Below, piece after piece: positions 13,801-26,800 of a DNA stretch of 64,000 nt. The notes under the pieces are model-generated. The model was not told the origin of the DNA and ran no database searches. It worked only from the letters and a program-made list of their open reading frames with translations. Position numbers and translations under genes: made by a program. Source of the DNA: Euglena gracilis (Eukaryota). The DNA is taken from assembly GCA_039621445.1 (NCBI GenBank), contig CP154954.1, forward strand, positions 22,270,954 through 22,334,953, in the 5' to 3' direction. Numbering within the stretch: position 1 is the stretch's first letter; every line of letters begins with the position of its first letter.

Positions 13801-16800
13801 TTTTTCCGGCCAAAAAATCGATTTTTCCAAGATATCTCGACAATGAAGCAAAATCAAAGGAAATCTCCGGAGAGCAAAAACGAAGTCCTTGGAATGCCCT
13901 AAACCATGGTTTACTTTCCCCCCAACTCTTCGTGTAGCCTGAGTTACCGCCGTATTTCGGCCAATTTTGGCCCATTTCAGGGCCATTTTGGGGCTGCTTT
14001 CGGGGTCAAAAATCGACGTTTCCAAAATATCTCGGAAATGAAGCAAAATCAAAGGAAATGTCCGGAGACCTAATTTGAAGGCCTTGGAACGCCCTATCTA
14101 ACAGTATTTTGATTTCCCCACAACTCCCCGCCTAGCCCGAGTTACGGCCATTTTTTCGGCCAATTTTAACCTTTTTTTACAGTTTCGGCCTGTTTTGACT
14201 TTGACTGTTTCGGCCACTTTGGGGTCAAAAAAGTCGGACAAGAAATCGAATTCTTTTTTGCCCGAAACGATGATTTTTGTCCTCGCGGACCCGGAAAAAC
14301 TGTTTTTGAGCCGAAAAAGAGCGTTTTTTGACCCACCAGCGCCCTGTTTTTGGCCCGAAACCCATGGGTTTCGGGTCAAAAACGGGCCAAAAAAATCGAA
14401 AAAAATCAAAAAAAAATCTGCCCGAAATGATGGTTTTTGGCCTCCCGGCCCCGGAAAAAAATTTGGGGCCGAAAAGGAGCGTTTTTCGATCCTCCAGCGC
14501 CCCGTTGTTGGCCCGAAACCTATGGAGTTTGGGTCATTTCCGGGTCAAAAAAGTCGAAAAAAATCCAGGAAAAGGGTTATCGAGGGTATGGGGGGCTCTG
14601 TGAGCTCTCAACATTTCAAAAATAACTGCAAAATTACTGAAAATTACCGTAAATTGCAGGTGTGTTATTTGTTGATATCACATTGCGTGAAATTTGTAAT
14701 GCTAGTTTTTTGGCCATCCGTTACTTGCAAGCCCCATTAAGAGCTCAGCACTATTCAAAACCTGGTTTATAAGTGGGAGGGTGGGGTTTACAGAACATGG
14801 CACCAAGAGGCATCGTTTCCCCCCCAAAAATGTGGGGGTCCTATCATCGTTGAGCCAGACAGTCGACCTCCCTCCACTTCAGCGGGGCTGGAACGGATGG
14901 CACACCGGGGGCCGAGGCAGAGCGGCGCTGCTTCTTCCCCTGAGCGCCGGGTGGCGCGAGGCCGTGGGTCACCTGGGGGCAGGGCTGATTGTGGACGTCC
15001 CTCCTAAGAACTGTAAAAGATGGGTAAGGACCGGGGAGGGGTGCTCAGACAGGGGAGGAATCCCCGACATTTTTTCTCTTTCGCACCGAAAAAGAAAAAA
15101 AAACTTCATTTTGGGGCTTTATTCTTGCCCATCTTTTCAAAAGGTTCCGAAGTCAAACTATTCTCTGAATTTCTTTGCAAAAAATCTTCAAAGTTTTGGA
15201 TTTTGCAGAATTTTCAAAAGATTGATTGGGTGAGTTACTGTAGATTTTCTGCATCTCAATGCCTTTACTTTGGAGAATCTGGGGGCTGGTGCCCAGACAC
15301 CGTGCTTTGGCAGAGGGGAGGGGAGGTGATAGAAAATGAAAGGCCTCTCCAAGACCTCACCCCCGCAATCCTGCATGGGGTGAGCCGGGACGTCCCAGCT
15401 CAGTTACCTCTCACGCACAGCCCTGCGCGGTAGTTCGGGTTGCCGGGCTGCATACTGCGGGGCTCTGCCTTCTTCACATCCACCCGCTGCCCCAGCACCT
15501 GTCGCCGGGCCGCCAATGAAAATGGGCAAGCGAGACGGGGCCCTTCAATGCTGCGCATCTCCAACTCCATTTTTTTTGTGTTCCGGTTTGAAAACGAAAA
15601 CCATTGCTTGGATCGCTCCGCACCACATTCTCCAGAATTTGCATTTTGGGCTCCAATTGGTTTGCTTGTTGACACATTATGTGCAGGTGCCCGATGCATC
15701 AATTGTGTGGCACGATGCACAGGGCTGCTTGGCTGGGAGGGGGCGAAACCAAATGGGATGGAAAGCGAACGGCGTTCTCCGCGTGGTCCTCCGACTCGAA
15801 GACAACAAACCCGCAGCCCTTCGGCCTTTTCGTGACTTTGTCGTACACAATCTCGCAGTCCACGATCTGGAGCACGGCAGTCAGGGGGGAAAGGGCAACA
15901 CAAAGAGGGGATCACCAATGGATGATTGGCGATTGAATTTCAACTCAACGTCTGTTCCGATTTCAGACTTCCCTGGTCCTCTTGCTGCTAATTGAAGTTA
16001 GAGGACATTTCATTCCCTGCGACAATGGTATTTGCTGTATAATCCATCTATCCATCCATACATTTCGACACTTACATCTGGATAGCTCTCATCAGATACA
16101 ATTATTGCCTTGGTTGAAATATAAATGGAGGGTTAATTTGAGGACAGGGCCGGTCAAAGTTCCTCTGGGGGGGGTCTTTTTTTTATGAGCACTTTGATTG
16201 TGCAGTTTAGATCCCACCTACTGATAAAGATAGGGTACATGTCTTTTCAATTTGGGGGAGAGTACGTTACGTTCTTCAAATATTTCTGATGGAGTCTTCA
16301 AAGCAGCCATCGATCTAATACTCCCCACGAACGGCGGACAACCAGGAGGAGGGTGAGCAACGAGGATTGCACACATAGACGATGCGATCGGCCCGCAAAG
16401 CGGCGTCGACAGGGGTGGCCGAGTCCCCAACGGGGATCGCGCGTTGCGCCGGAGCGAACTGTCACGCCAAAGCCGCCACCGCCGTGTGCACGACGCCCCA
16501 CAGGGCCTCCAGGTAGGCCGGGTGAATGGCGGCCACCCCGGCCTGCCACACCCCCTCCCAGTCCTCCGCCAGGGAATCGTGCAGTGACCTTCCGGGGGGG
16601 GGGGGGTTGGGGGCCATACCACTGCTTACCAACCCCTGGGCAGGGGAAGGGGGAGGTCACTTTCTACTTCCAAAAAAAACCAGTCAGTTCATTTGAAAAT
16701 CCAGTCAATCACCCACTTCCACCCCCCCCCCCGGGGGTATCGGTCACTTTAGCCACTCGGGCCAAAATGGTTTAAAACCAATGGATTTTGGCCAAAAAAA

Positions 16801-17330
16801 GCACAAAAACCTCCGGTGCCTTTGCCGCCGGGTGGCACTTTTGGCCATTCCTGGGGGGGGGGGGTCCGGAGCCAAAAAAAAAACAGACAGTCACTCAAAA
16901 AAACAACCAGTCAGTCACCCCCAGGGGTCGGCCACACCTTGCGCAACGTGTAATGTGGTTGGGGTCCAGCTCACAGGCTGGAACAAGGCAGCTTGGCTGG
17001 CTGGACCCCTCCCCCCCGGGGAGGGATGGGGGTCCACTGAGGCTTGAGCGATGCCCTGTCCTCCGCCACCCGCTGCCGTACCTCCTCCCGGACTGCCAGT
17101 ACGCCGTCCACACCAGCCACCGGGGCTCCTGTGGGGCAGACCGTCCTCCGATGGCAGCACATGTTGAGTGTGGCACAAGAGACCGGCAGATGAGGAAAGA
17201 AGAACAGACAGGGGAAGGGGCGTAGGCAGAGGGACCCCGAGTGAGGCGGTCCAGGCACTGGGCAGCGCTTGCCACGCCCAAAGCTGAATGGAAATGATGG
17301 AGGGGGCCTTCACAAGGATTGCATGTGTGA

Positions 17331-17367
<37 letters not shown>

Positions 17368-17776
17368 GGTGGGTGGGTGGGTGGCTGGCTGGCTGGGTGG
17401 CTGGGTGGGTGGGTGTGTGTGTGTGTGTGTGTGTGTATGCGGGTGTATGCATGTGTGTGTGCGTGGGTGGGTGAGTGGGTGGGTGAGCGCGTGCATGCGT
17501 GTGGGTGGGTGGTGGGTGTGTGGGTGGGTGGGTGTGCATGTGTGTGTGTGTGTGTGGGTGGGTGGGGTTGTGGGTGGGTGGTGTGGGTGTGGGTGTGTGT
17601 GTGGGTGGGTGTGTGTGGGTGTGGTGGTGGGTGTGTATGGGTGTATGCATGTGTGTGTGTGTGTGTGTGGTGTGTGGTGGGTGGGTGGGTGGGTGGGTGG
17701 GTGGGTGGGTGGGTGGGTGGGTGCGCGAGTGTGCGGTTGCGCGCGCGCGCGTGTGTGTGTGCGTAGGTGGGGGGGT

Positions 17777-17809
<33 letters not shown>

Positions 17810-20800
17810 GGGTGGGTGGGTGCGCGCGTGCGCGCGCGTGTGTGTGTGGGTGGGTGTTCGCGAGCGTGTATGTGTGTGTGCGTGTGTAGGTGGGTGGGTG
17901 GGTTGGCGCACGAACGTGGGTGTGGGTGTGGGTGTGGGTGGGTGGGTGGGTGTGCGTGCGCGTCACGCTTGTTGTGCGCGCACCCGTACGCGTGCGTGCG
18001 CATATGCATCTTTGGGTGCGAGTGGGCGCATGTGACAGAGGGGCGGAGTTCGCGCGTGTTGTTTCGATTTGCACTCGCACGTGCCTGCATGCAACCACCC
18101 ACCCACCCACCCACCCACTCACCCACCCGCATGCACACACCCATACACACACACACACACACATGCCCACCCACCCACCCACCCACCCACCCACACCCAC
18201 ACACACCACACGCCCACCAACACGCGTGAGCGCGCACACCCACCCACCCACCCACGCACGCACACACGCGCGCGCACGCACGCACGCACGCACGCACGAA
18301 CACACACACACACACACATGCGCGCGCAAGTGCGCGCACACACAGAAAGCGTGCAGCACAAAGGGGGCGAGGCACTCGACAGAGATGGCACAGTACCAGT
18401 TGCAGAATGCCTTCAACCACCATTCTGAGGGGGTGGGCGCCAGGCAGCCCCCCCCCCCCCCCCGCAGCCCCAGTCAGCCCTGGCCACGCCCCGGCCGACG
18501 CACAGCGGGGCGGCGGCGCCCAGCAGGGCGGCGTACTCCCCGCCGCACAAGCACCGCAACGCGCTGGTGAGGTAGCGGTTGGCCAGCAGGCCGGGCGCCG
18601 CCTCGGAGGGCAGCCGGACCGCTGGGTGGGGAGGGTGGGGGGAACCTGCAACTGCCAGGAGAGGGGGGATGAGGGTTGAGGACCTTCGCCAGGAGGATGG
18701 AGCACGGGAGAGGGGTTCACCGCGCTGAATGGCAGGTCAGAGTGTGGCATGCGGGCTATGTCTGCCGCTACGATGCACTGTACATAATGCCGAATGATAC
18801 CGCCTGCCTGCAAATCACAAAAATAATCCGCGGAACGTTCACCACCTGAACGCAGCTGGCTTCTGCGAGGGTGATGGACAAGTCCTGCCTGAGAAAAAGG
18901 GCTACCTGTCCCCAAACAGGGGCCCGGCTGACCATGGCGCAGAGACACGCAATCTCCTTCGGCAGAGAAACTCGGCAGCACGGAATCCAGGAAGTCACGA
19001 ACGCGAGTCTGGTACGACTGAAACGGCGCGGCAAACCAGTGACAGGAGTGCTCCCGGCCTGATTCTCCCAAGGCGTGGTAATCATCTGAGCCATCACAAA
19101 ATTTACACTTTCGCTACATTCGAAAAAATATATATTTGTGCTGAACCAGTGGCTCATATCGGTTTGTGATTATTTATTATTATTATTGTTACTTATTATT
19201 ATTTATTTGTTGCTCTGGAGAACGCATTTGTGGAAAACCTTGCACTCGATCAAAAAGCCATGATTTTTTTTTAGTGTGTGTTGGTGTTGGTAACACAACT
19301 CCCTCTTGCCCAAATGTCAATACACTCCGCCCAGGGATCATCATATTGCGGGGGGGGGGGGGGGGCTCCTGGCCGGGCAGGGTCAATAGTGGCGACGGCG
19401 AGGTCCACCAGGTACAGCCGCCCGCCCTCAGCGTCCAGCACCGCGTTGCCACGGTTGCCCGGGTTGTCCCAGACGTCGCCGCAGGCCACGCTGTCGCCGT
19501 TGTTGAGGAAGACGTTGGCGCAGCGGGCCGGCCTCCCTCTTCCGGCCCCCTGCAGCAGCACCCACCACCTGCAACTCTGCGGACAGTGTTCACTCGACTG
19601 CCAGGGTGTCGACACAGCGATAAGATGGAAACCTGCCCGAAGTGCCACCCATGAATGCACCACCCCCAATAATACACCCGGGTATATGATTTGGGCACCG
19701 GAAATGGGGGGCCAGGGAGGTTTATTATTTGAGTTGGGGATATTAGTTGGCGGTGGGGGGGATATGTTATTTGGGAGGGGTGGGAGAGGATTTCTGTCGG
19801 TCTGTCTTTCCGTCTGTCCGTCTGTCTGTCTGTTGGTCGGTCGGTCGGTCTGTCTGTTCCTCTTCTTCTGTCTGTCTGTCTCTCTGTCCTTCAATCTTCC
19901 CACCCTCTCTTTCTCGAAGATGTCACCTGACAAGTCAGTGGGAACAAGCCCAGGTAACAACTTCTGGGGTCTGGGTAGTTTCTGCAGTGGACTCGGACTT
20001 CCAACGTCACAAATCAGTCGGTATGGGACACCTTCCTGGGGTATGTGACAACATGGCAGGTGACAACTTTCCTAGGGGAGGGGGGGGGGCGCCCCTTGAC
20101 ACGTGGGCCAAATTCTTGCTCTTGCTGCAGCTGTGTTTTTCTCCTTGCTGGGTATATGGTTGCCAGCGCACCACACAGGGACACGTTATAATTATATGGC
20201 ACCATACAAAGCCAGATGTGAAATGCATTTTGGGGATTTGTGTTGCCATTTGTGTTGCCATTCACATTAGAAAATGCCAGGAATGCCACATTAGAGAATG
20301 CCATGCAAGGAAACGCAGAGCCACCTTCAACAATCAACAACAGCAAAGGAGCAAAAAAACCTCAAAGACTCAAGGTCATACTTGCAATGGAAGAAAAGTG
20401 AAAGGGACATCAGCATCAAGGCATTAGCCAGAAAAAAAAACTCACAATACCTTTGCAATGGTCCAACAAAGCAATGACAGTCAAAGCGGCCCTTCCGTGC
20501 GGGTCAGGCCGGGCCGCTGCCGAGGAGCACCGCCTTCCCGACGCGGTACAGTGGGCAGTGCCCGTGCGCCTCCGCGGGGCACCGCAGGCGGCCTAGCGTG
20601 TGCCCCGCGTCCCTCAGGGGCCGCCCCGGGACGCGCTCCTGCACCATGAGCTGCGGCCGCTGCAGGGCCCGGGCCAGGGCCCGCTGCAGCCCGGCGGCAG
20701 GGCCGTCCCCCAGGCTGGACGGAAAAGCTGGCGGGGGGGGGGGGTCGTCGCTCCCACCCCCCACCCGGGAGGCGGGGTGGGTCGACCCCCCCCCCACCCA

Positions 20801-23800
20801 TCATGGCACCCGCTAAACGAATTGTCCCCCAGCTCCTTCGGCGCCGAAGGAAAATTTTGATCTAAAAAATCGGCGCCCCCGGGAATACAGAAAGGCCGGG
20901 AGGGGGGGTTGGACCCTCCGAACCACCAGGATGGGTGTGGCAGGGGGTGGTGGCACAGCCCGGGCTGTCCTGGAACCCGGCAGCCTCGCAGGGGGCGGGG
21001 CTGTGGCTGCGGTGTGGCTGGGCCACGCATATGCACGTGCTGGATGGATGGAGGCGGCAGTTCCGGGATGCCTGGGAAACGGTCCTGACTGGGCGTCTCC
21101 TTGAGACTCGGGAGGGGAGCGGCCAAAATACCCTCCACGACCTTTCATTTTCTCCACCATTATCTCAAAACTCTTTGCTTTGTGCCACAAAGGTTCAGGC
21201 TTCCCTCAAAACCCAATTTTTTTCATCGGTTGCTTTTCGCCTATGCACCGTAACTTATCGGCTGGACTCATACGCCCTGTTTGGCCATTGGGCTCGGGCT
21301 CCGGGGCCATATTCACCAAACTGGCCTCAAAGACAGTTTTTTTGGCTGGTTAGTTAGTTGGTTAGTTGATTGGTTAATCAGAATTAGTCCTCCCATGCAG
21401 TCTTATCGCGGGCATTGGTCCAAAGAGCCGAGGCAAATTCCTTGCAAGCTGACTGACCCTGTGAGTCTCGGCGCGGATTCAGCCCAGACCTGAGTTGACC
21501 GAGTGTGTGGGGAGGAGGAAAACAGATTTCTGTGGGAACAGGGGAACAACCACAGAAGGGGGTCTAAATCCCCCAGGAACCAAAAAGATTTACTCCGGTT
21601 CTTCGCGCTGGGAAAGATGAATTAAATGAAAGATGAAAATTTTTGGTGTATGTTTTGCCCAAGTTTTCAAAAAAAAGTGTGCGAAAACGCGATTGTTTTC
21701 AGGTCATTTTTTCAGGGCCAAAATTATTTTCCGGTGCTTTGCGCTGGAAAATTTTTTGCACAGGGGGAGACCCCCGAACACCCCCCTCCGGGGTCCAAGC
21801 CCCCCCCCTTCCTCCCCGCTCAATACCCTCCCCCCCCCCCCGGTCCGAAGGGGGGTGGTCCCCCCCTGTACAAAACCAACCTTCAGTTAATAATGGAAGT
21901 GGTCCAGAAATCAACATGGGTTCCCAGGACTCCTCTCCACATTTTAACCCCCCAAAAATCTCCACCTGAGGATGCTCTCTTGGCCCATTTTGAGGGGGAA
22001 AATTTTCATCCGGTGGGGGTGACAAATGGGCAGCATGGGGGGGGACAAAAATCCCGGGGAAAGGTAGCCCACACATCCAGATTCGGGTGCCCAACTCACA
22101 TATGACGTAAAGTGGTTCCCCCACAGTGAAATGTGGGGTGTGGGGTGCAGTGGAGGGTGAGTGGCTGACTGTGGGTGTAGTGTGGGGCATGGCGGCTGGT
22201 GATGGTGCACTGTCCATGCAGTTTTCTTCTCAGGTCTGACTTAGACGGCCTTAAAGACACTTAAGGGTTTTTTTGCCCGAAAAGTGGATCGTCCGCGGTT
22301 TTGGGATCGGCCGTGATTACATACACGGTGACGGTCTTCCTGCGCCCTGTGTGACTGTCGCACGTGCGCAACTGCGCCCGTGAAGGCACTCTCAATTCAG
22401 TTGTTTAAATTGCTGAAATGTCATGAGTCCCCCCGACAGAGCGGCACCGCCTCCCTTTTCGCAGACCCCAGAATGGCCGATGCCCTCCTGCCCGTGTAGC
22501 GCGACCGTGCCCGCGCAGTCGGCCATCTGTGCGAGACGAGCTCTGCCACCTGTTTGGGATACCGGGTTCTGTATGGGTCAGGCGTCAGTTTGTCACCGGG
22601 GTGCAGGTCGGCACCACCCGTAGACCGCAGACCCCCAGCAGACGGGTGAGTGTGCCGCGTTCTGCGCGAGTTCAGGGTGGGTGGGTGTGCGCATCTCGGG
22701 CGGTGCACGTCAGGGGGACAGCGTTTGTAGCAGTGTGTACGGCGAGTTCATACGGGAATACGAAAACGTGTACAGAAAGTGGCCAGCGAGCACCGGCAGC
22801 CTGAACCGCGCGTGTGCCTGAAGTAACAGACACGAGCGGTGCATCCCCACCTGTTCAAGAGGTGCGGGCGGGTGAGGGCAGACGACAACAGTCCCTCGTG
22901 CGCAGCTGCGCACCAATTTTGCGAAATTTGTAAAAATCAAAAATTTGATCGCAGGTGCGCCTGAGGGACAGGGTACACATTTGTCAGTGAGGCGGACCAT
23001 TCAGATTGTACAGCTCCAGAAGCAGTTGACAATGGGACAAAGAAGACGGTGATGCTTCCGGTCAAACGCCTACCTCTTGCGCCGGAATTCATGAGACAGG
23101 ACGGTGCGCCAACCTGTCACGACAAACGCAAGGCGACCCAGTGTTCGGTCGCCTACGCTGACTTGACGAGTCAACACTGCAGTCCGAAACGCAAGAGTAA
23201 CACGTCCGCGGTGCGCAGCCCCCGCTCAGTCGAAAGTTCTGTGTTGTGCTGTGTACTCTGAACTCGGAACCGGGCGCACCTGCGCCTGGTTCTCTGCTGA
23301 GAGCCTGACTGAAAAACGGTGCGGGCACGTGCACCGTTTGCTGTGTGTGAGGGTGTCATCGCCCATCCGCCTGAAAATTCCCTATCGTGTATTCAACGGC
23401 GTTCATTGTATGCACTCAATACAGGCATCGCGTGCGCACCTGCGCCCGGTTCTCAATTGCCTTATAATATGTGACAGTGCCAGGCGCATATGCGCACGAT
23501 CAGCCAGGGTGACGGGCGCACAGGGCCGCTGGATAGGCCACAGTGAAGACCAGTGAAGACGGTTGGGATGGGAGAATCAAGTTACCCACGGTCGGTGTTG
23601 GTGTGAACCGGGTGACGGAAGCAGGCATCGGAGCTTCGTCTCGGCCCCAGAAAGCGCGGGCAGGGCGACACACTGCGCAGCGACCTCATCGACCCTGCCG
23701 GTCCCCGCCACCGTTGCTGCGGCCGTCCTCACCGCCGATGTCGAGTTCCACCCCGCCGGGCCGCGGCATCCGGCAGCGTGGGACACAGCAGTACGGCGAT

Positions 23801-26800
23801 GCGCTGCGGCGGGCGGCGGACTCTGGCAAGGTGATGGGCGAGCTGGCGGCGCGGCACCTGGTCCGGACCTTCGACGAGTTCGTCCGGGGCGTGCTGGCCC
23901 CGCCGGAGCACCACCTGCTGCCGTTCGTCGCCCACGTGGCGCACATGCGCCGGCCGCTGCGGACGCGGGGCAGCGGCACGCTGCTGGAGGAGCTGCAGCG
24001 GAACCCCCGGCGGCGGAGCACGACGGTGCTGCTGCAGAACGCCTGGGCGTACTACCGTATCGCCCGGTACGCGGCGTGCCCGCGGCAGGACCAGCCCCAC
24101 GTGCCCGCCGGCGACGTCCCGATGGGGTGGACGCGGGCGGTGTCCCGCTACCTCCGGTCCGCCGGCATCCGCCCCGAGGCGCCGCTGTGGGACGCGGCGG
24201 TGCGGCGGGAGCTGGCGGCCCAGCGGCTGCGGCAGCTGTGGGCGGACATGGAGGGGGCGCACGTGGTGGTCTGGTTCGACAACCTGTACCGCCAGCGGTA
24301 CGTGACCACCCCGCGGGTGCCCCACGCGTCCCTGAACGGCACCATCATGGCCGTGATGCGCCGCACGGACCCCGCCGCCGCGCGCCGGGAGCCCGCCCCG
24401 GCCCTGCCCGCCGTGCGCGTGCTGCTGGCCGACGCCGCGGCGCAGCGGGGCTCGTACCGGTGGTGGAGCGAGAGCCTGGCGGCCTTCGCCCGCGGCCCGC
24501 TGGTGGACCTCCTCGCACGCTGCCGCGGCCCGCTGGCGGAGGAGCAGTTCCGGGTGCCCCTCGACGTGCCGCGCGAGAACGCCTGGTCCCCGGTCTGGCG
24601 GCCGTTCAACCTGTGCGAGACGGTGGTCGGCGCCCAGGTGGGCCTGCTGCAGACCCTCCGCTTCCTCCAGGAGAACGTGCTGCCGCAGGTGGCCGGCCCC
24701 GTCCTCGTCCTGGCGGACGAGAACATCTGGTACCGCGCCGCGCGGCTGCGGTACGGCCAGCTCTCCGCCACCCGCTGGGACCTGACCGCCACGTTCGACC
24801 GGCTGCCCCTGCTGTACGGCGTCTGGCACCCGTACAAGCAGCTGCTGCACGCCCTGCACCGCCGCTTCCTGCCGTTCTACCTGTTCCTGCAGAACGGCAC
24901 GCTGGAGGTGACGGGCCGGCCGCGATCCCCCTACGCCCCCGTGCAGACGCTGGAGCGCTGGCTGGGCGCGCTGCTGCTGGTGGGCGAGGAGGAGGAGCGG
25001 GCGCAGCTGCGCGCGTGGCGGGAACGCCTGGCGACGCGGGTGGGGCGGGTGGAGGCGGAGGTGCGGGCCGGGGCGGCGCGGGGGGAGGCGCCGCGGAGCG
25101 AGAGCGCGTAGGTGCGCCCGGGGACACCGGCGGCGCCGGGTGCGGGGTCCGGCTTCGTGGGGCCCCTGCAGGTGGCCGGAGCGTCCGGGCAGGCGGCGGA
25201 GGAGGAGCTGCGGCAGGGGTGCCTGGCGCTGCAGCGGCTGTGGACGGAGGCGGCGGTGGTGGACGGCTGGCGGGACCTGGTGGAGGTGTGGGCCCCGGCC
25301 GCCCTGGTGCTGGGCTGGATGGTCCGGTCCTGCAGCTGGGACGGACGGGCCGCCGGCAGCGGCTGGCAGGCCCGTGAGGCGCTGCAGACGGCCCTGCTCC
25401 TGCTGGTGCACCTCGAGGTGGGCGTGCCGTCGGCGGCCGCACCGGCCCCCGCCCCGTGGGCCGACGGCCTTCCCCCGCCCGAGGCCGCCGCGGCCGTGCT
25501 GGCGGAGCTGCGGGCCGCGGAGCGCGGCCGCCCGCCGCGGGCCCGGTCCTCCTCCGAGTACGTGCGGACGGTGTCCTGCGCGCTGCTGCTCTGGACGGAG
25601 TAGCACGACCGCCTGCCGGCGTGCTGCTACTCCGAGGAGCTGAACGAGGCCGCCATCAGCCGCCTGGGGAAGGCCCTGAAGCAGCACCCGCAGTCGCAGT
25701 CCTTCGACGAGGCGATGGACCTCTACATCGCCGTGCGGCCGGGCATCCCGGGGGCCAAGCGCATCGGCGCCGGCGGCGTGGGGCGGGAGTGGGTGGCGCA
25801 GTCCACGGAGCGGCTCCGGGACCTGCTGCGACGCTGCGCACCGCGGCGGAGCGCACCTGCGCCCGGCAGAGCGGTGGCAACGTCCGCGGCCACGGCGGAT
25901 GGCGGCGGCCGCGGCCGGCGTCCGGCGTCCGGCGCCACCCGCCCGGGCCGGCGCCGGCGGGGTCCACCGCTGCGGCGGGCCTGGCGTCGCCGGAGCTGGC
26001 CGCCCGGGTGGTCACGTACGTGGAGCGGAGCGGGGCGAAGGAGTGCGTGGCGCAGGCCGCGTGGCCCTCCTGGTGGCGGCCCCCGCGGACACCCACGGCC
26101 GCGCCGCCGCCCGCCGACGACCTGGCCGACGTGCTGCGGCGCAGCCTGCTCCTGATGCTGCGCGACGAGGAGCCCTCGGCCGACGCGGCGGCGGAGCTGG
26201 ACCTGCTGGCGGCCCGGCAGCCGGAGGCCGCCAGCGCGGCGCTGCGGGCGGAGTACGCCGGCGTCCCGGTGCCGGAGCGCGCCCCCAAGGCGCGGGCCGC
26301 GGGCCCGCGGCCGGTCCCGCCCGCGGTCGGCCGGCGTCCCCGGCCGCACCGGGGTGGACCCAGACCCAGACCGACTGTTTTCTTGTCGGTTCGGAGTGTC
26401 TGCGTCTGTGTCCGGTGTCCCGTCGGGTTGTTGTTTTGGGTAGGCACGCACCCGTCTGTCGGGGTACGTCATGTCCCTCCCCGGGCGACTGTCTGGCGCC
26501 GCTGCGCACGCTTTGGGTTCAAACGCAGAATTCACGCGCACCTGCGCACGCTGCCCGCTCGATTTCTGGTTAGTCAATTCGTATGGTTCCGGTCCCGTCA
26601 CCCCCCCCATGACAGTGCGCACTCCCGCACAGGTGAACGCACGACCTTCGTGGGGCGGGCGTGTCGCAAACCGGACCCTGGGTTGTCCCTCCATCGCAGG
26701 TGCGCTCGCTTGCGTATCCCCCCCCGGTGTTTCCCCCCCCCCCCCCCCCCCCTCGTTCCGGTCGCCCGGGGCGTGTCCACTCCGGCACCCAACTGCCGCC

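Noticed and set aside
16280-16335. FVGSI as the missing first half of the RRM at 15750-15866
   Set aside because: No downstream L..HF..FG helix pattern and no convincing in-phase splice sites; it lies just past the kinase stop codon.
25109-25603. TAG reassignment or programmed readthrough in the transposase
   Set aside because: Each TAG is one transition from CAG or TGG, the gene also seems frameshifted, and the reconstructed host exons show no in-frame TAG; decay is the simpler explanation.
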